A DNA stretch of 64,000 nucleotides, taken from a bacterium (GTDB lineage Bacteria > Patescibacteriota > Minisyncoccia > Phycocordibacterales > UBA6899). The first letter of the stretch is position 1, and each line of letters opens with the position of its first letter. The notes under the pieces were generated by a model that saw nothing but the letters and a program-made list of their open reading frames with translations, was not told the DNA's origin and did not search any database. The stretch is from assembly GCA_021851895.1 (NCBI GenBank), contig JAJZQJ010000002.1, positions 5,046 through 69,045 on the forward strand, read 5' to 3'. Shown in pieces: positions 29,201 to 37,516 of this stretch. Position numbers and translations under genes: made by a program.

Positions 29201-29454
29201 AGCGTTTTCATCTTATCTCAGATCAAGAGGTGATGCTTTCATTGAGTGTCTTTAAGATTATTAAAGAATTTGCAATAGTCGATTTTGAGCATAACGTCGA
29301 TGTACAGCGCCGCATGCGTAGTGCGCTTGATGACTACTTGTATGATGGTTTCCCTTCCGAGTGGAATGTTTCGCTATCTTCGAGAGAAAGGGGAGACATA
29401 GTTGCCGCAATGGTTGAACTCGCAAAACACAATCATGAGCTCTTTAGTGCATAA
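26236..29454 (+). CDS. hsdR: type I R-M restriction subunit
   Basis: RPDIV..NGFP..IESK nuclease, HTQGSGKS Walker A, IDEAHR, FTGTP, LTGFD, QAIARVNR. Confidence 0.95.
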   Translation: MLNKVHFDEARQVQLPAVELLISLGYEYISVSEALRERGGDERNVILRDIARAKLMEINSYELDGEKMQFTPRDVNEAIDELENLPFEGLQKTAQNIYRMIMPTSGGKTVEVRKGDSKNFRFIDFAEPHNNAFHVTVEYTVVGKEEIRPDIVCFVNGFPIAVIESKKHTVSVEEALEQMVRNQGVEYAPKLYTFAQILVGSNGTDFRYGTTGTGEKFYAVWKEKPREKGEADLERLDARVKELIAQPIAVGVYQELLNDLSRGQSHHEQLCDRPITAQDRSIVALFTPERLLDLTKHFVIFDAMEKKIARYQQYFAIEKMRRRVMEKEAAPEGGERRRGGIVWHTQGSGKSLTMVLFVKALIEDEHIKNPRVIIVTDRRDLDRQIKGTFENCGLKKDVVQAKTGQHLLDLIQEKNLGVITTLVQKFESVAKKREDFVDPDENIFVLIDEAHRTHGGMASLEMSRTIPNACYIAFTGTPLMREEKESWRRFGAYIDKYTIDDAVLDGNVLPLIYEGRFVPLVQNAKKIDELVDRVKERAIHKYQSNGEEDKREEESVNREALVNNPQRLREIVHDIESHYKMELQGTGLKAQVVAPSKFAAVKMQQMFLESGLVKSAVVVSDESGIVHEDDYRRQEVVDFLDKIKDTHSSIEEYEKEVIRDFKDNADGVEVLIVVHKLLTGFDAPRNTVLYLAKSLRDHDLLQAIARVNRLCDKGKKQKTSGYIIDYSENAQHLKSAMQLFGNYEEDDVHGTLVDVGEKMQELAQAYAAIHDIFRGVHGAKTVEPFMEVLKAEDTRVEFNAAVNTYTKLFSECLALKDFNENFKDIDLYKRELRKFVELRKLSRFRYGERTDFNEYKFALMRILDQYVDTEGGVERLTEKIDVRDIAQVRKAVEEIVDSKEKAEAIATQVNKTIHDREAEDPVYYKSLSERVEEIIRAMREGRMQDLVALEGLEELLIAANEKKQASVPSQIEAEHGADLFYRNLLPHFERFHLISDQEVMLSLSVFKIIKEFAIVDFEHNVDVQRRMRSALDDYLYDGFPSEWNVSLSSRERGDIVAAMVELAKHNHELFSA

Positions 29455-30169
29455 ACAAAACATACGACATAAAGGTGAAGTCTTTGAGTACCAAGTGTGG
29501 CGTTCTGGTCGTAAAACTCTCGCCCTCACGGTAACTCCTGCCATGGAGCTTATTGTGCGTTCTCCTTTTGAAAAGAGCCTAGAGGAGATTGAGAATTTTC
29601 TCATGCGTAAAATACAATGGGTTCGAAAGCAGCTCGCATTCTTCGGCACACAGGAGCCTGCTCAGGTTGAACGTCGATATATTTCCGGGGAAGCGCATTA
29701 TTATCTTGGGAGGCAGTATATGCTCGAAGTTGCTGAAAGTCATCGAGAATATGTAAGTGTTTCTCGTGAGCGTATTATGCTTTATCGTAGGTCCGAGAAT
29801 TCTCGTGATTTGATGGGAGCAAAGCAATTATTTCTGAAGTGGCAGAGTGAGATGGTTGCGAAACATCTTAATGAGCGATATCGTGCAATGTCACGACTCT
29901 TTGATTATAAGGACATACCAACTATGGAGATCAAAGCCATGGAAAAGCGTTGGGGGAGTTACCGTGTGAAGACAAAATCAATCGCGCTTAATGCAAAGCT
30001 GATCCATGCTCCACTCGATGCCATTGATTATGTTATCGTGCATGAACTTTGTCATCACGAGCATCATGATCATGGTAAGGAGTTTTATAAGCTTCTAAGT
30101 AGAAAGATGCCAAACTGGCAGGTTGAAAAGAAGAAACTTGAGCGATACGGCGCTCTTGTGTGCGGATGA
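29435..30169 (+). CDS. YgjP/M48-like (SprT-family) metal-dependent hydrolase
   Basis: RWGS, DYVIVHELCH..H..H...FY; the usual gene after hsdR. Confidence 0.88.
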   Translation: MSSLVHKQNIRHKGEVFEYQVWRSGRKTLALTVTPAMELIVRSPFEKSLEEIENFLMRKIQWVRKQLAFFGTQEPAQVERRYISGEAHYYLGRQYMLEVAESHREYVSVSRERIMLYRRSENSRDLMGAKQLFLKWQSEMVAKHLNERYRAMSRLFDYKDIPTMEIKAMEKRWGSYRVKTKSIALNAKLIHAPLDAIDYVIVHELCHHEHHDHGKEFYKLLSRKMPNWQVEKKKLERYGALVCG

Positions 30170-30171
30170 GT

Positions 30172-30197
30172 AAAAATGGGGTCATGCCCCATTTTTC
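30172..30197. repeat. REP-like palindrome related to those flanking the RAYT gene
   Basis: AAAAATGGGG-TCATG-CCCCATTTTT at the right edge of the R-M island. Confidence 0.65.
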
Positions 30198-30257
30198 TTG
30201 CAACTCATTTGCATCTCCATGGTATAATACCCATATTCTTGTCTCTTCTGCCCTGTT

Positions 30258-30938
30258 ATGAAACTCTCGAAATCTTCACATTTCCGGCCACTTGGGGAGG
30301 ACCGTTCACTGCATCAGCATCAACGGCAAATGCTCCATATGCTCGCTGCTATCGAGGCGTCGCGCGCTGAGCTTTCGCGACTTCGCGCGGAATTGCGGAA
30401 GGTGGGAGAGGAGTCAGTGCGCGATCCGCTTACTAATCTACTCAATACGCGTGGTCTCGAGCGTGCTTGGGAGCGTTTTGCGTCCGCATTCACTCGTGGT
30501 CACTATAGGGAGGTCGCGATCGCTTTCATCGATCTCAATGGTTTCAAGTTCGTGAATGATTATGCGGGACATGATGTTGGTGACGGTCTTTTGCGTGCGT
30601 TTGGTGTGCGGCTCTCTGAAACATTACGCCCGACCGATATCGTTGCTCGTGTTGGTGGGGATGAGTTCGTACTCGTGCTCCCTGGTGTTGGAGAGGGCGG
30701 TGCTCGAGCGCTCGTCGATCGCATTCGTATGCGCTCTGCAGATCTTTATATGGATCACCCGGATTGTATACGTGTCGCGAAAGCGAGCGGTGCTGGTAGA
30801 GTGCTCGACTTCTCTTCGGGAGCTATCGATGTCCGACATCCTGATACACTTCCGCCGCTCTCGCATCTACTTAAAGCGGCGGAGGGACGTGTTGAGAAAT
30901 TCAATGCGCGTCGCCAGCTTTTCGATGTGCATGCATAG
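30258..30938 (+). CDS. diguanylate cyclase (GGDEF domain)
   Basis: DPLTNLLN, DLNGFKFVND..GH..GD, RPTD I-site, RVGGDEF. Confidence 0.92.
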   Translation: MKLSKSSHFRPLGEDRSLHQHQRQMLHMLAAIEASRAELSRLRAELRKVGEESVRDPLTNLLNTRGLERAWERFASAFTRGHYREVAIAFIDLNGFKFVNDYAGHDVGDGLLRAFGVRLSETLRPTDIVARVGGDEFVLVLPGVGEGGARALVDRIRMRSADLYMDHPDCIRVAKASGAGRVLDFSSGAIDVRHPDTLPPLSHLLKAAEGRVEKFNARRQLFDVHA

Positions 30939-30991
30939 ATAAAAGAAAAACTCCTCAGTGGAGTTTTTTCATTTCAACGAATAAGTTTTCG

Positions 30992-31294
30992 TTAGAAGAT
31001 CTTGATGAGTACGATGAGTGTTGTGGTGATGATAGCGAAGCCAAATATCGTCTTCCCGAGAAAAGTGAATGCTGACTGCTTTTCTCCATCGAGATAGAGC
31101 ATGATCGGTTTGCCGAAAAAGAGGTATCCCATGACTGCCGCAGAGAGTGTGACGAGTGAGAGTGCGGCGATGGAATCAAGGAAGGTGTCGCGAGTATTCT
31201 GTTTTCCGATCGTATGGATCACGGTAGCAACCGTGATGATATAGGCTTCGGCGAAAAGGCTATTGATATAGGGATTATGGGATAGTTTTTGCAT
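30992..31294 (-). CDS. small 3-TM membrane protein
   Basis: Three hydrophobic helices; LSAAVMGYLFFGKPIMLYLDG. Confidence 0.75.
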   Translation of the reverse strand: MQKLSHNPYINSLFAEAYIITVATVIHTIGKQNTRDTFLDSIAALSLVTLSAAVMGYLFFGKPIMLYLDGEKQSAFTFLGKTIFGFAIITTTLIVLIKIF

Positions 31295-31389
31295 AAGCGT
31301 TGTTTCATTATGGAGAACACTGCCAAAGTAGAAAAGTCACTGTTTGCCTGGTACCGGCATACTGATAGAATAGAGTAAACAAATAGCCT

Positions 31390-31953
31390 ATGTCTTCTAA
31401 GAAACTTACAAAAACACAAAGTGAGGCGCTGCTCACTGTATTACACGCGCGTTTTGAGAAGCACTCAAAGCGACATAAAACAATAAAGTGGGCTGCGGTC
31501 GAGGCGCGACTCCGCGCGCACGGAGAAAAATTGTGGTCGCTTAGTGAGATGGAGCGTACTGAAGGTGAGCCTGATGTCGTTGGCTTTGATAAAAAGTCCG
31601 GCGCATACGTATTTATGGACTGTGCTCCAGAGAGTCCGAAGGGGAGGAGGGGTGCGTGTTACGATCGCGAAGGACAAAAGTTGCGAGAAAAAGATGGCTT
31701 ACACCCCGGCAGTGCGATGGATATGGCAAAGCTGATGGGTATCGAGATGCTTTCCGAGGAAGAGTATCGTACCTTGCAGGCACTGGAGGCATTCGATCAA
31801 AAGACATCGAGTTGGGTCCGCACACCTGAAGCGATTCGTAAGAAAGGGGGAGCACTTTTCTGTGATCGTCGCTATGATCATGTATTTCTCTATCATAATG
31901 GTGCTGAGTCGTTTTATTCCGCAAGAGGATTCCGCGGAGTACTGCACGTATAA
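31390..31953 (+). CDS. DUF4256 family protein
   Basis: MERTEGEPDVV, DCAPESPKGRR..CYD, GGALFCDRRY..VF.YHNGA.S.YS.RGFRG. Confidence 0.85.
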   Translation: MSSKKLTKTQSEALLTVLHARFEKHSKRHKTIKWAAVEARLRAHGEKLWSLSEMERTEGEPDVVGFDKKSGAYVFMDCAPESPKGRRGACYDREGQKLREKDGLHPGSAMDMAKLMGIEMLSEEEYRTLQALEAFDQKTSSWVRTPEAIRKKGGALFCDRRYDHVFLYHNGAESFYSARGFRGVLHV

Positions 31954-32011
31954 AAACAGGCAATGCCTGTTTTTGTTTGTACTTTGGTTTTGAATTGTTT
32001 ACAATGTTCTT

Positions 32012-32611
32012 ATGAAGAAGATTCTTGTTATCAAGGGCCACCCAAGAGATATCTGTTTTTGCAATCAGCTCGTTGATCAGTATATCGAAGGTGCGAAGAA
32101 AGAGTATGCGGAAGTGAAGGTGCTTAACATTCATGAATTGCAGCTCGAGCCGTGGCTCAAGTATGACTGGGACCGCAATCACGATTCGATACCATTCTCT
32201 GATGATTTGAAGCAGGCGCAAGAGCTCATTAAGTGGAGCGACCATATCATGATCGCCTATCCGACGTATTGGGCGGGACCACCAGCGATCGTAAAATTGT
32301 TCATTGAGGTCATTGTTACTTCTGGTTTCGCTTTCAAATACTATCAACCATTGTGGGGGATCATTCCACGCTGGCATCGACTTCTTAAGGGTCGTACGGC
32401 GACGATCATCTCGACGATGGATGCGCCGCCCATATTCATGAACGTCGTTGATCGCGACCCGGGCGGTAAGATGATGTTCGATGTGCTCAGTTTCGTTGGC
32501 ATAAAGCTGAAGCATAAATACTATTTCGGTTCCGTCATCCTTAGAGTCAAGAAGATGCATGATGTGTGGCTCAAGAAGGCATTCCGCGCAGGAGAGAATG
32601 ACGCACGATAA
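32012..32611 (+). CDS. flavodoxin-fold NAD(P)H-dependent oxidoreductase
   Basis: ILVIKGHP, YPTYWAGPPA..K, GFAFKY, LLKGRTA. Confidence 0.88.
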   Translation: MKKILVIKGHPRDICFCNQLVDQYIEGAKKEYAEVKVLNIHELQLEPWLKYDWDRNHDSIPFSDDLKQAQELIKWSDHIMIAYPTYWAGPPAIVKLFIEVIVTSGFAFKYYQPLWGIIPRWHRLLKGRTATIISTMDAPPIFMNVVDRDPGGKMMFDVLSFVGIKLKHKYYFGSVILRVKKMHDVWLKKAFRAGENDAR

Positions 32612-32676
32612 AACGAGGCATATCCTCGTTTTTTCATATACTGTCATTATAGTTACTCCGGGTGTATAATTACATT

Positions 32677-32913
32677 ATGGATACTTCATTAAGTTTTGCG
32701 CTCCCTGTGTGGGTACAGGCGCATCAGTCATTATCATTCGTGGCGATCATTTGGAGTATGTTCTGGGCAGGGCTCGCGCTTTGGCATACTGCGAAGAGAG
32801 GGAAGGTTGGTTGGTTCCTCGTCTTCATGCTCGTGCATACATTGGGTTTGCTCGAGATCATCTATCTCTTCGGCGTGCTCAGATTGAAATTTGCCGATCT
32901 TTTTAAGAAATAA
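32677..32913 (+). CDS. DUF5652-like small membrane protein
   Basis: IWSMFWAGLALWHTAKR...WF......HTLGLLEIIYLF. Confidence 0.75.
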   Translation: MDTSLSFALPVWVQAHQSLSFVAIIWSMFWAGLALWHTAKRGKVGWFLVFMLVHTLGLLEIIYLFGVLRLKFADLFKK

Positions 32914-33008
32914 AAACGGGAAATGGCCCGTTTTTTGATTTTTGAAAGACCATACATCTCGTGACTTACATAGATGCGATTTGTGCTCAATTATGTTATA
33001 CATAGCAC

Positions 33009-34166
33009 ATGATGAAAGTTGCATTCATTCATAATGAGAAGAAGATCGGAACCGGAGCTCATTACATCAACGATCTCATGGCACTTCGCCTTAAGGAGGC
33101 TGGTGTTGATCTGAAAAACTTCTACCCATCAGTCTCGCTCGATGGCCCGGTCCATATGGGTGGCTTAAGGAATATCCTCTTTTTCTACTCCTTGCTCGAG
33201 AAGCGACAGAAGATACTCAAATATGATCTCATTCAGGGGACGACATACACGCCGCTCCCGTTTCTTTCCTTTCCTATTCCTGTCATCTCCCATTTTGGGT
33301 CAACGACGAAGGGATTTTTAGATGCGACGCCGCTTGCGAGCAAGATGAAGGAAGATACGAAGGACATCTGGTACCGACTCAAGAAGGATGGAGCTATTAA
33401 AGAGCTTAACCTCATGACGCGCCGACCGCTTCGTGATATTGCGGAAATCGAGGAATATGTCGCTAAGCGTGCTGATGCGGTCGTTGCAACTTCGCAGAAT
33501 GTGAAAAATGAACTGCTTGCAATGGGTGTCAAAGAAGAGCGGGTTCATCTCATTCATAATGCAATAGAGGACTATTGGTTTGAGGCGGCGGATCTGCCGA
33601 TGACTGATGCGCCACAAATCGTCTTTCTTGGTCGTCTTGGTGGAGATGCATTCAATTTGAAGTTGAAGGGTCTCGATCGTTTGATCGATGCCTATCAGCA
33701 CTTCAAAGATATCGGAAAGACGACGATATGCATGACGACGAATAAGCCACTCGTGAATTGGTTTTTGACACACCTCTCCAGCCATTCACTTTTCGTGAAT
33801 GTACAGAAGGACAAGATACCCGATATCGTGAGGAAGATGCGGGGGAGCATCCTCTTTATCACTTCTCGTTATGAAGGATTCTCGTTGAGTCTTATCGAAG
33901 GTATGTCGCAGGGGCTTGTGCCCGTAGCGTACCCAGTCGGTGTGGTTCCAGAGATCATACGGAACGGCGAGAATGGTTTCATTGTTCATTCGCAGAAAGA
34001 GGCCATTGAGAAGATCACTCTTTTGCTCCGCGATAAGGAATTGCGTGAGCGTTGTTCGCGGGAGGCGGAAAAGACCTCAAAAGAATTCAAAGGAGTGTTC
34101 ATTGCTGAGAAGTTGATGAAATTATATGAGGAGGTCGTGCATTCGAGTAAGAAGAAGGAACAATAA
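33009..34166 (+). CDS. glycosyltransferase family 4
   Basis: IHNAI, FLGRL...KG, SRYEGFSLSLIEGMSQG. Confidence 0.9.
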   Translation: MMKVAFIHNEKKIGTGAHYINDLMALRLKEAGVDLKNFYPSVSLDGPVHMGGLRNILFFYSLLEKRQKILKYDLIQGTTYTPLPFLSFPIPVISHFGSTTKGFLDATPLASKMKEDTKDIWYRLKKDGAIKELNLMTRRPLRDIAEIEEYVAKRADAVVATSQNVKNELLAMGVKEERVHLIHNAIEDYWFEAADLPMTDAPQIVFLGRLGGDAFNLKLKGLDRLIDAYQHFKDIGKTTICMTTNKPLVNWFLTHLSSHSLFVNVQKDKIPDIVRKMRGSILFITSRYEGFSLSLIEGMSQGLVPVAYPVGVVPEIIRNGENGFIVHSQKEAIEKITLLLRDKELRERCSREAEKTSKEFKGVFIAEKLMKLYEEVVHSSKKKEQ

Positions 34167-34255
34167 AACGGGGGAGCGCCCCGTTTTTTCATGTTTGCAT
34201 TATGGAGATTTCGGCGTAATATGCCCTAAAGGTATGTACATCATAAGGAGGTGCT

Positions 34256-35032
34256 ATGCACCCGCTGCGGCCCTACATCGGAATCACTGATTTCATGAAT
34301 GCGAAGCAAGTGGAGCTCATGCGCAAAGTATTTCTCAAGCATGCACCCGCGCATTCTGCGCGCGTACTCCACGTTGGCGTAATGATGAGCTATAAGACGC
34401 TCAACGATATCGAGACCAAGTGGTCGAAGGCTTTTCCTGATAAGGAATCGATCATCGATATCTTCTGGTCCGACGATGTCTTCAACTGCTTGCACTACGC
34501 TGACTACGATCACGCAAATGATTTCGCGCTCGATCTTGCGACTGCGATCGCTTATGGAGGAAGCCACCTGCACGGATTGCAGCTCGATATGGTATGGCCG
34601 AACCCGAGCGATATTTTTCAGGCGATACAGTTTTCGGGTGTGGCCCCTGAGATCATCTTGCAGGTAGGAAAGAATGCAATCGAGGCAGCAGGTAATGATC
34701 CTAAACAGGTCGTTGACCGACTTGGGGATTATCATGGCCTCGTTCACCGCGTACTTCTCGACAAGAGCATGGGGAAGGGGCTCGGCATGGATGCAGAGGG
34801 CCTGCTTCCTTTCGCTCGCGCGATTCGTGAAGCATTCCCGGACATGGGGATCGGCGCAGCTGGCGGCCTCGGGCCAATGACGATGGACCTCGTCACTCCG
34901 CTCCTTGCGGAGTTCTCCGATCTTTCCATCGACGCCCAGGGACGTCTGCGTCCAAGTGGTAATGCCCTCGATCCGATCGATTGGGGTATGGCGGGGGAAT
35001 ACCTCCGCAAGGCGATCGAAATGACGCGATGA
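34256..35032 (+). CDS. TrpF-like TIM-barrel protein of unknown function
   Basis: YIGITD, LQLD, VLLDKSMGKG, AAGGLGP, SIDAQGRLR; AAGGAGG SD. Confidence 0.65.
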   Translation: MHPLRPYIGITDFMNAKQVELMRKVFLKHAPAHSARVLHVGVMMSYKTLNDIETKWSKAFPDKESIIDIFWSDDVFNCLHYADYDHANDFALDLATAIAYGGSHLHGLQLDMVWPNPSDIFQAIQFSGVAPEIILQVGKNAIEAAGNDPKQVVDRLGDYHGLVHRVLLDKSMGKGLGMDAEGLLPFARAIREAFPDMGIGAAGGLGPMTMDLVTPLLAEFSDLSIDAQGRLRPSGNALDPIDWGMAGEYLRKAIEMTR

Positions 35033-35118
35033 CATGATAACGGGGCAGTGCCCCGTTTTTGCTTGCTCTCTGCATTTTACTCCTGTACTATCACCTTAGA
35101 GTATTTGAAGGAGCTACT

Positions 35119-35448
35119 ATGCGAGCGCGGAAGACGATTCCTGTCAGCAAGATCCCTGATACCATCCGAACGCTGCTTGACAGTGAGTTCGGTATGCTCG
35201 AATTGAGCAGTGAACGCTCCGTGCACCGATTGCATGATGAACAAGATGGGACAGGGCAGGGCGAACTGCACGTCTCCTTTCTCCCGAATGGAGACATGGT
35301 CGTCTCTATTACGGGGGATGAAGAGCAGGTTTCACCCGCGCTACGCTTTCGTACTTATGAGGGCGGGGGACACTCGCTGCGCACACGCAACGCACTGTTC
35401 ATCCTCCTTGAGGCGATTCGTCTCGACAATCTCTATAACCCTATTTGA
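35119..35448 (+). CDS. hypothetical protein (109 aa)
   Basis: AAGGAG SD; own terminator; RFRT..GGG.S.RTRNAL motif. Confidence 0.75.
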   Translation: MRARKTIPVSKIPDTIRTLLDSEFGMLELSSERSVHRLHDEQDGTGQGELHVSFLPNGDMVVSITGDEEQVSPALRFRTYEGGGHSLRTRNALFILLEAIRLDNLYNPI

Positions 35449-35496
35449 TGCACAACACCCCTTCGGGTGTTTTTGTTTTTGGTGTACACTATACTC

Positions 35497-35874
35497 ATGG
35501 AAACCATAATGAAAGGAGCACAAGTGCAATCAGAGCGAGCGCTCCAGTATTTTGAACTTCCTATTTATCCATTGCGCGCTCCCGATCATGCGAAGTACAT
35601 CATCGCGCAAAATGAGAAAGGAGAAGAGTATCTGATCGCTGTTTCCTTGCGAGATTATCCGAATGATCTCTATCATGACGATATCTTGCGCGAGGCACGT
35701 CTTGTCTTGGGTAAGACCCTGCGCTGTATTGGTGGTGGACGATTAAAGCCAGGAGAGCATGGCGAATGGTTCGTTACAGGGAAAAGTACGGTCTTCGGAG
35801 AAGATCTCGACAAAGAACGCACCGCTGCAACATTTACGCAGCATTTCAAGGGCACACGGTTCATCGTCGGATGA
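35497..35874 (+). CDS. Janus/Ocnus (PHPT1-like) phosphohistidine phosphatase family protein
   Basis: AKYII, YHDDI, CIGGGRL, VTGKSTVFG match PHPT1 FKYVL, YHADI, CLGGGRI, VYGYSMAYG in order; similar length. Confidence 0.7.
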   Translation: METIMKGAQVQSERALQYFELPIYPLRAPDHAKYIIAQNEKGEEYLIAVSLRDYPNDLYHDDILREARLVLGKTLRCIGGGRLKPGEHGEWFVTGKSTVFGEDLDKERTAATFTQHFKGTRFIVG

Positions 35875-35880
35875 GTATAT

Positions 35881-36691
35881 GAAAATGGGGTCTGACCCCA
35901 TTTTTCTTCGTTTTGTGTGGTATAATGTTGAACACTTACTATATAATATATATTGCATATCAAATGGCACGTCAGCATCGCCTCGATCTCCCTGGTCGCG
36001 CATTCCACATCATGAATCGCGCAGTTGGACGCTTGCAGTTATTCAACAATCCTCAGGATTACTTATTGTTTTTAAAAGTCTTTAGGGAGACATGGGAAGT
36101 CAATCCCATCACTATCTATGCGTACTGCGTCATGCCAAATCACTTTCATGTGCTTGTACGTGCTCAGGCGGAAGGGGATATTTCCCGCTTCATGCAGCGC
36201 CTCGCGACGACCTATACTCGTAGGCTACATTTGAAAACAGGGACTGTGGGAGGTGGGCCAGTATTCAAAGGGCGTTATAAATCAATTCTTGTTGATGACG
36301 AATTTGTTTTTAATACGATGTTGCGATATGTGGAGCTGAACGCCGTGCGCGGACAACTCGTATCTCGAGCAGAAGAGTGGGAGTGGGGCAGTGCATACGC
36401 GAGAATAAAGAATGATATGGCATTTGCTCAGATCCTTGCTGAGTTGCCTGAAGAAATACCGAAATCGGCTGATGCCTATCTCGAGTGGTTGCGTGAAGAT
36501 GTTGAAGATCAATCCATTAAGCAAATTCGTGAGTCGATCAAGAAGGGCAGGCCGTATGGCCGCCCGAGTTGGGTCGAGCTCATGGCTGAAGAGCACAATC
36601 TTGCATATACAATGCGTGGCCAAGGTCGGCCAACTATTAAATAACATTACAACACACATTTTAACAAAAAATGGGGTCAGACCCCATTTTC
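35881..36691 (+). mobile_element. REP-flanked RAYT (IS200/Y1-type HUH transposase) unit
   Basis: Perfect 25-bp inverted pair GAAAATGGGGTCTGACCCCATTTTT (35881-35905) and AAAAATGGGGTCAGACCCCATTTTC (36667-36691) around the transposase. Confidence 0.85.
35964..36644 (+). CDS. REP-associated tyrosine transposase
   Basis: MAR..R, HIMNR, YCVMPNHFH (HUH), FKGRYKS, RYVELNAVR, WEWGS, C-terminal RGQGRP. Confidence 0.9.
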   Translation: MARQHRLDLPGRAFHIMNRAVGRLQLFNNPQDYLLFLKVFRETWEVNPITIYAYCVMPNHFHVLVRAQAEGDISRFMQRLATTYTRRLHLKTGTVGGGPVFKGRYKSILVDDEFVFNTMLRYVELNAVRGQLVSRAEEWEWGSAYARIKNDMAFAQILAELPEEIPKSADAYLEWLREDVEDQSIKQIRESIKKGRPYGRPSWVELMAEEHNLAYTMRGQGRPTIK

Positions 36692-36708
36692 TGCTATAAT
36701 TTGATAGT

Positions 36709-37086
36709 ATGAAAAAATTCAAAATAACATTCTGGACCACTACGATGATCATCGCGCTCTTTGAGGGCGGTGGCTCCATACTGACGTATGGTTCGCCGAT
36801 GGCGGTCGCGGGAATAACGCATCTCGGTTATCCTGTTTACTTCGTAACGCTGATCGGTGCCTTCAAGGTACTTGGTGCACTCGCGCTCGTCATTCCGCAG
36901 GTGCCGGTTCGGGTGAAGGAGTGGGCATTTGCAGGTTTCGGTATCGATTTCATTTCTGCATCGGTCAGTATTGCGGTGGTCGACGGACTTGGCTTCGGCG
37001 CGTTCTTCCCGCTCATCTTCCTCGGTCTCCTTATTGCATCAAATGTAAGCCATCACAAACTGCTCGATGTGCAAAAAGCACAGTAA
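36709..37086 (+). CDS. DoxX-like family membrane protein
   Basis: HLGYPVYF..LIGAFKVLG...KEWAFAG. Confidence 0.85.
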   Translation: MKKFKITFWTTTMIIALFEGGGSILTYGSPMAVAGITHLGYPVYFVTLIGAFKVLGALALVIPQVPVRVKEWAFAGFGIDFISASVSIAVVDGLGFGAFFPLIFLGLLIASNVSHHKLLDVQKAQ

Positions 37087-37110
37087 GAAAAAACGGGGAT
37101 ACCCCGTTTT

Positions 37111-37461
37111 TTATTGGAACAACCCTAGCTTGAAGACGACGAGAAGGTATAGTGATGCAAGCAAGAAGAATACCGCCATTCCGAGTCCTATCGCTTTATA
37201 TGCACCGAATTTTGGCGCAAGTATGATCACGGTGATCATGTAGGGTACCCAAGATACAAATGTTCCATATAGTACGAATTTCGCATTCTGGCTCACTGCG
37301 AGACCGCCTCCCGTTTGTCCAATGAAGATATAAGAGATGAGGGTGAAGACGGGCATGAGTGCGAGGAAGCCGGAGAGGAGTCGTGAACCGCTCTGATCAA
37401 GGACGACGATGAGCGTCGTGAAGAATCCACCGGAAATGAAATAGATGAGCATGTTGGTCAT
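37111..37461 (-). CDS. GlpM/DUF3147-like membrane protein
   Basis: 4 TM, LSGFLALMPVFTLISY; start reassigned to 37461. Confidence 0.65.
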   Translation of the reverse strand: MTNMLIYFISGGFFTTLIVVLDQSGSRLLSGFLALMPVFTLISYIFIGQTGGGLAVSQNAKFVLYGTFVSWVPYMITVIILAPKFGAYKAIGLGMAVFFLLASLYLLVVFKLGLFQ

Positions 37462-37516
37462 GTGGTGCATTATAGCAAAGAAAAACCCGCGGTTGAAACC
37501 GTGGGTGTGGTAGTGT

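Noticed and set aside
17037-30200. Prophage or integrative island anchored at tRNA-Asn and including the R-M genes
   Set aside because: The only tRNA 3' repeat seen is 210 bp downstream; no integrase or phage structural genes in the window
31613-32647. 344-aa minus-strand ORF
   Set aside because: Overlaps two well-supported plus-strand genes and a terminator
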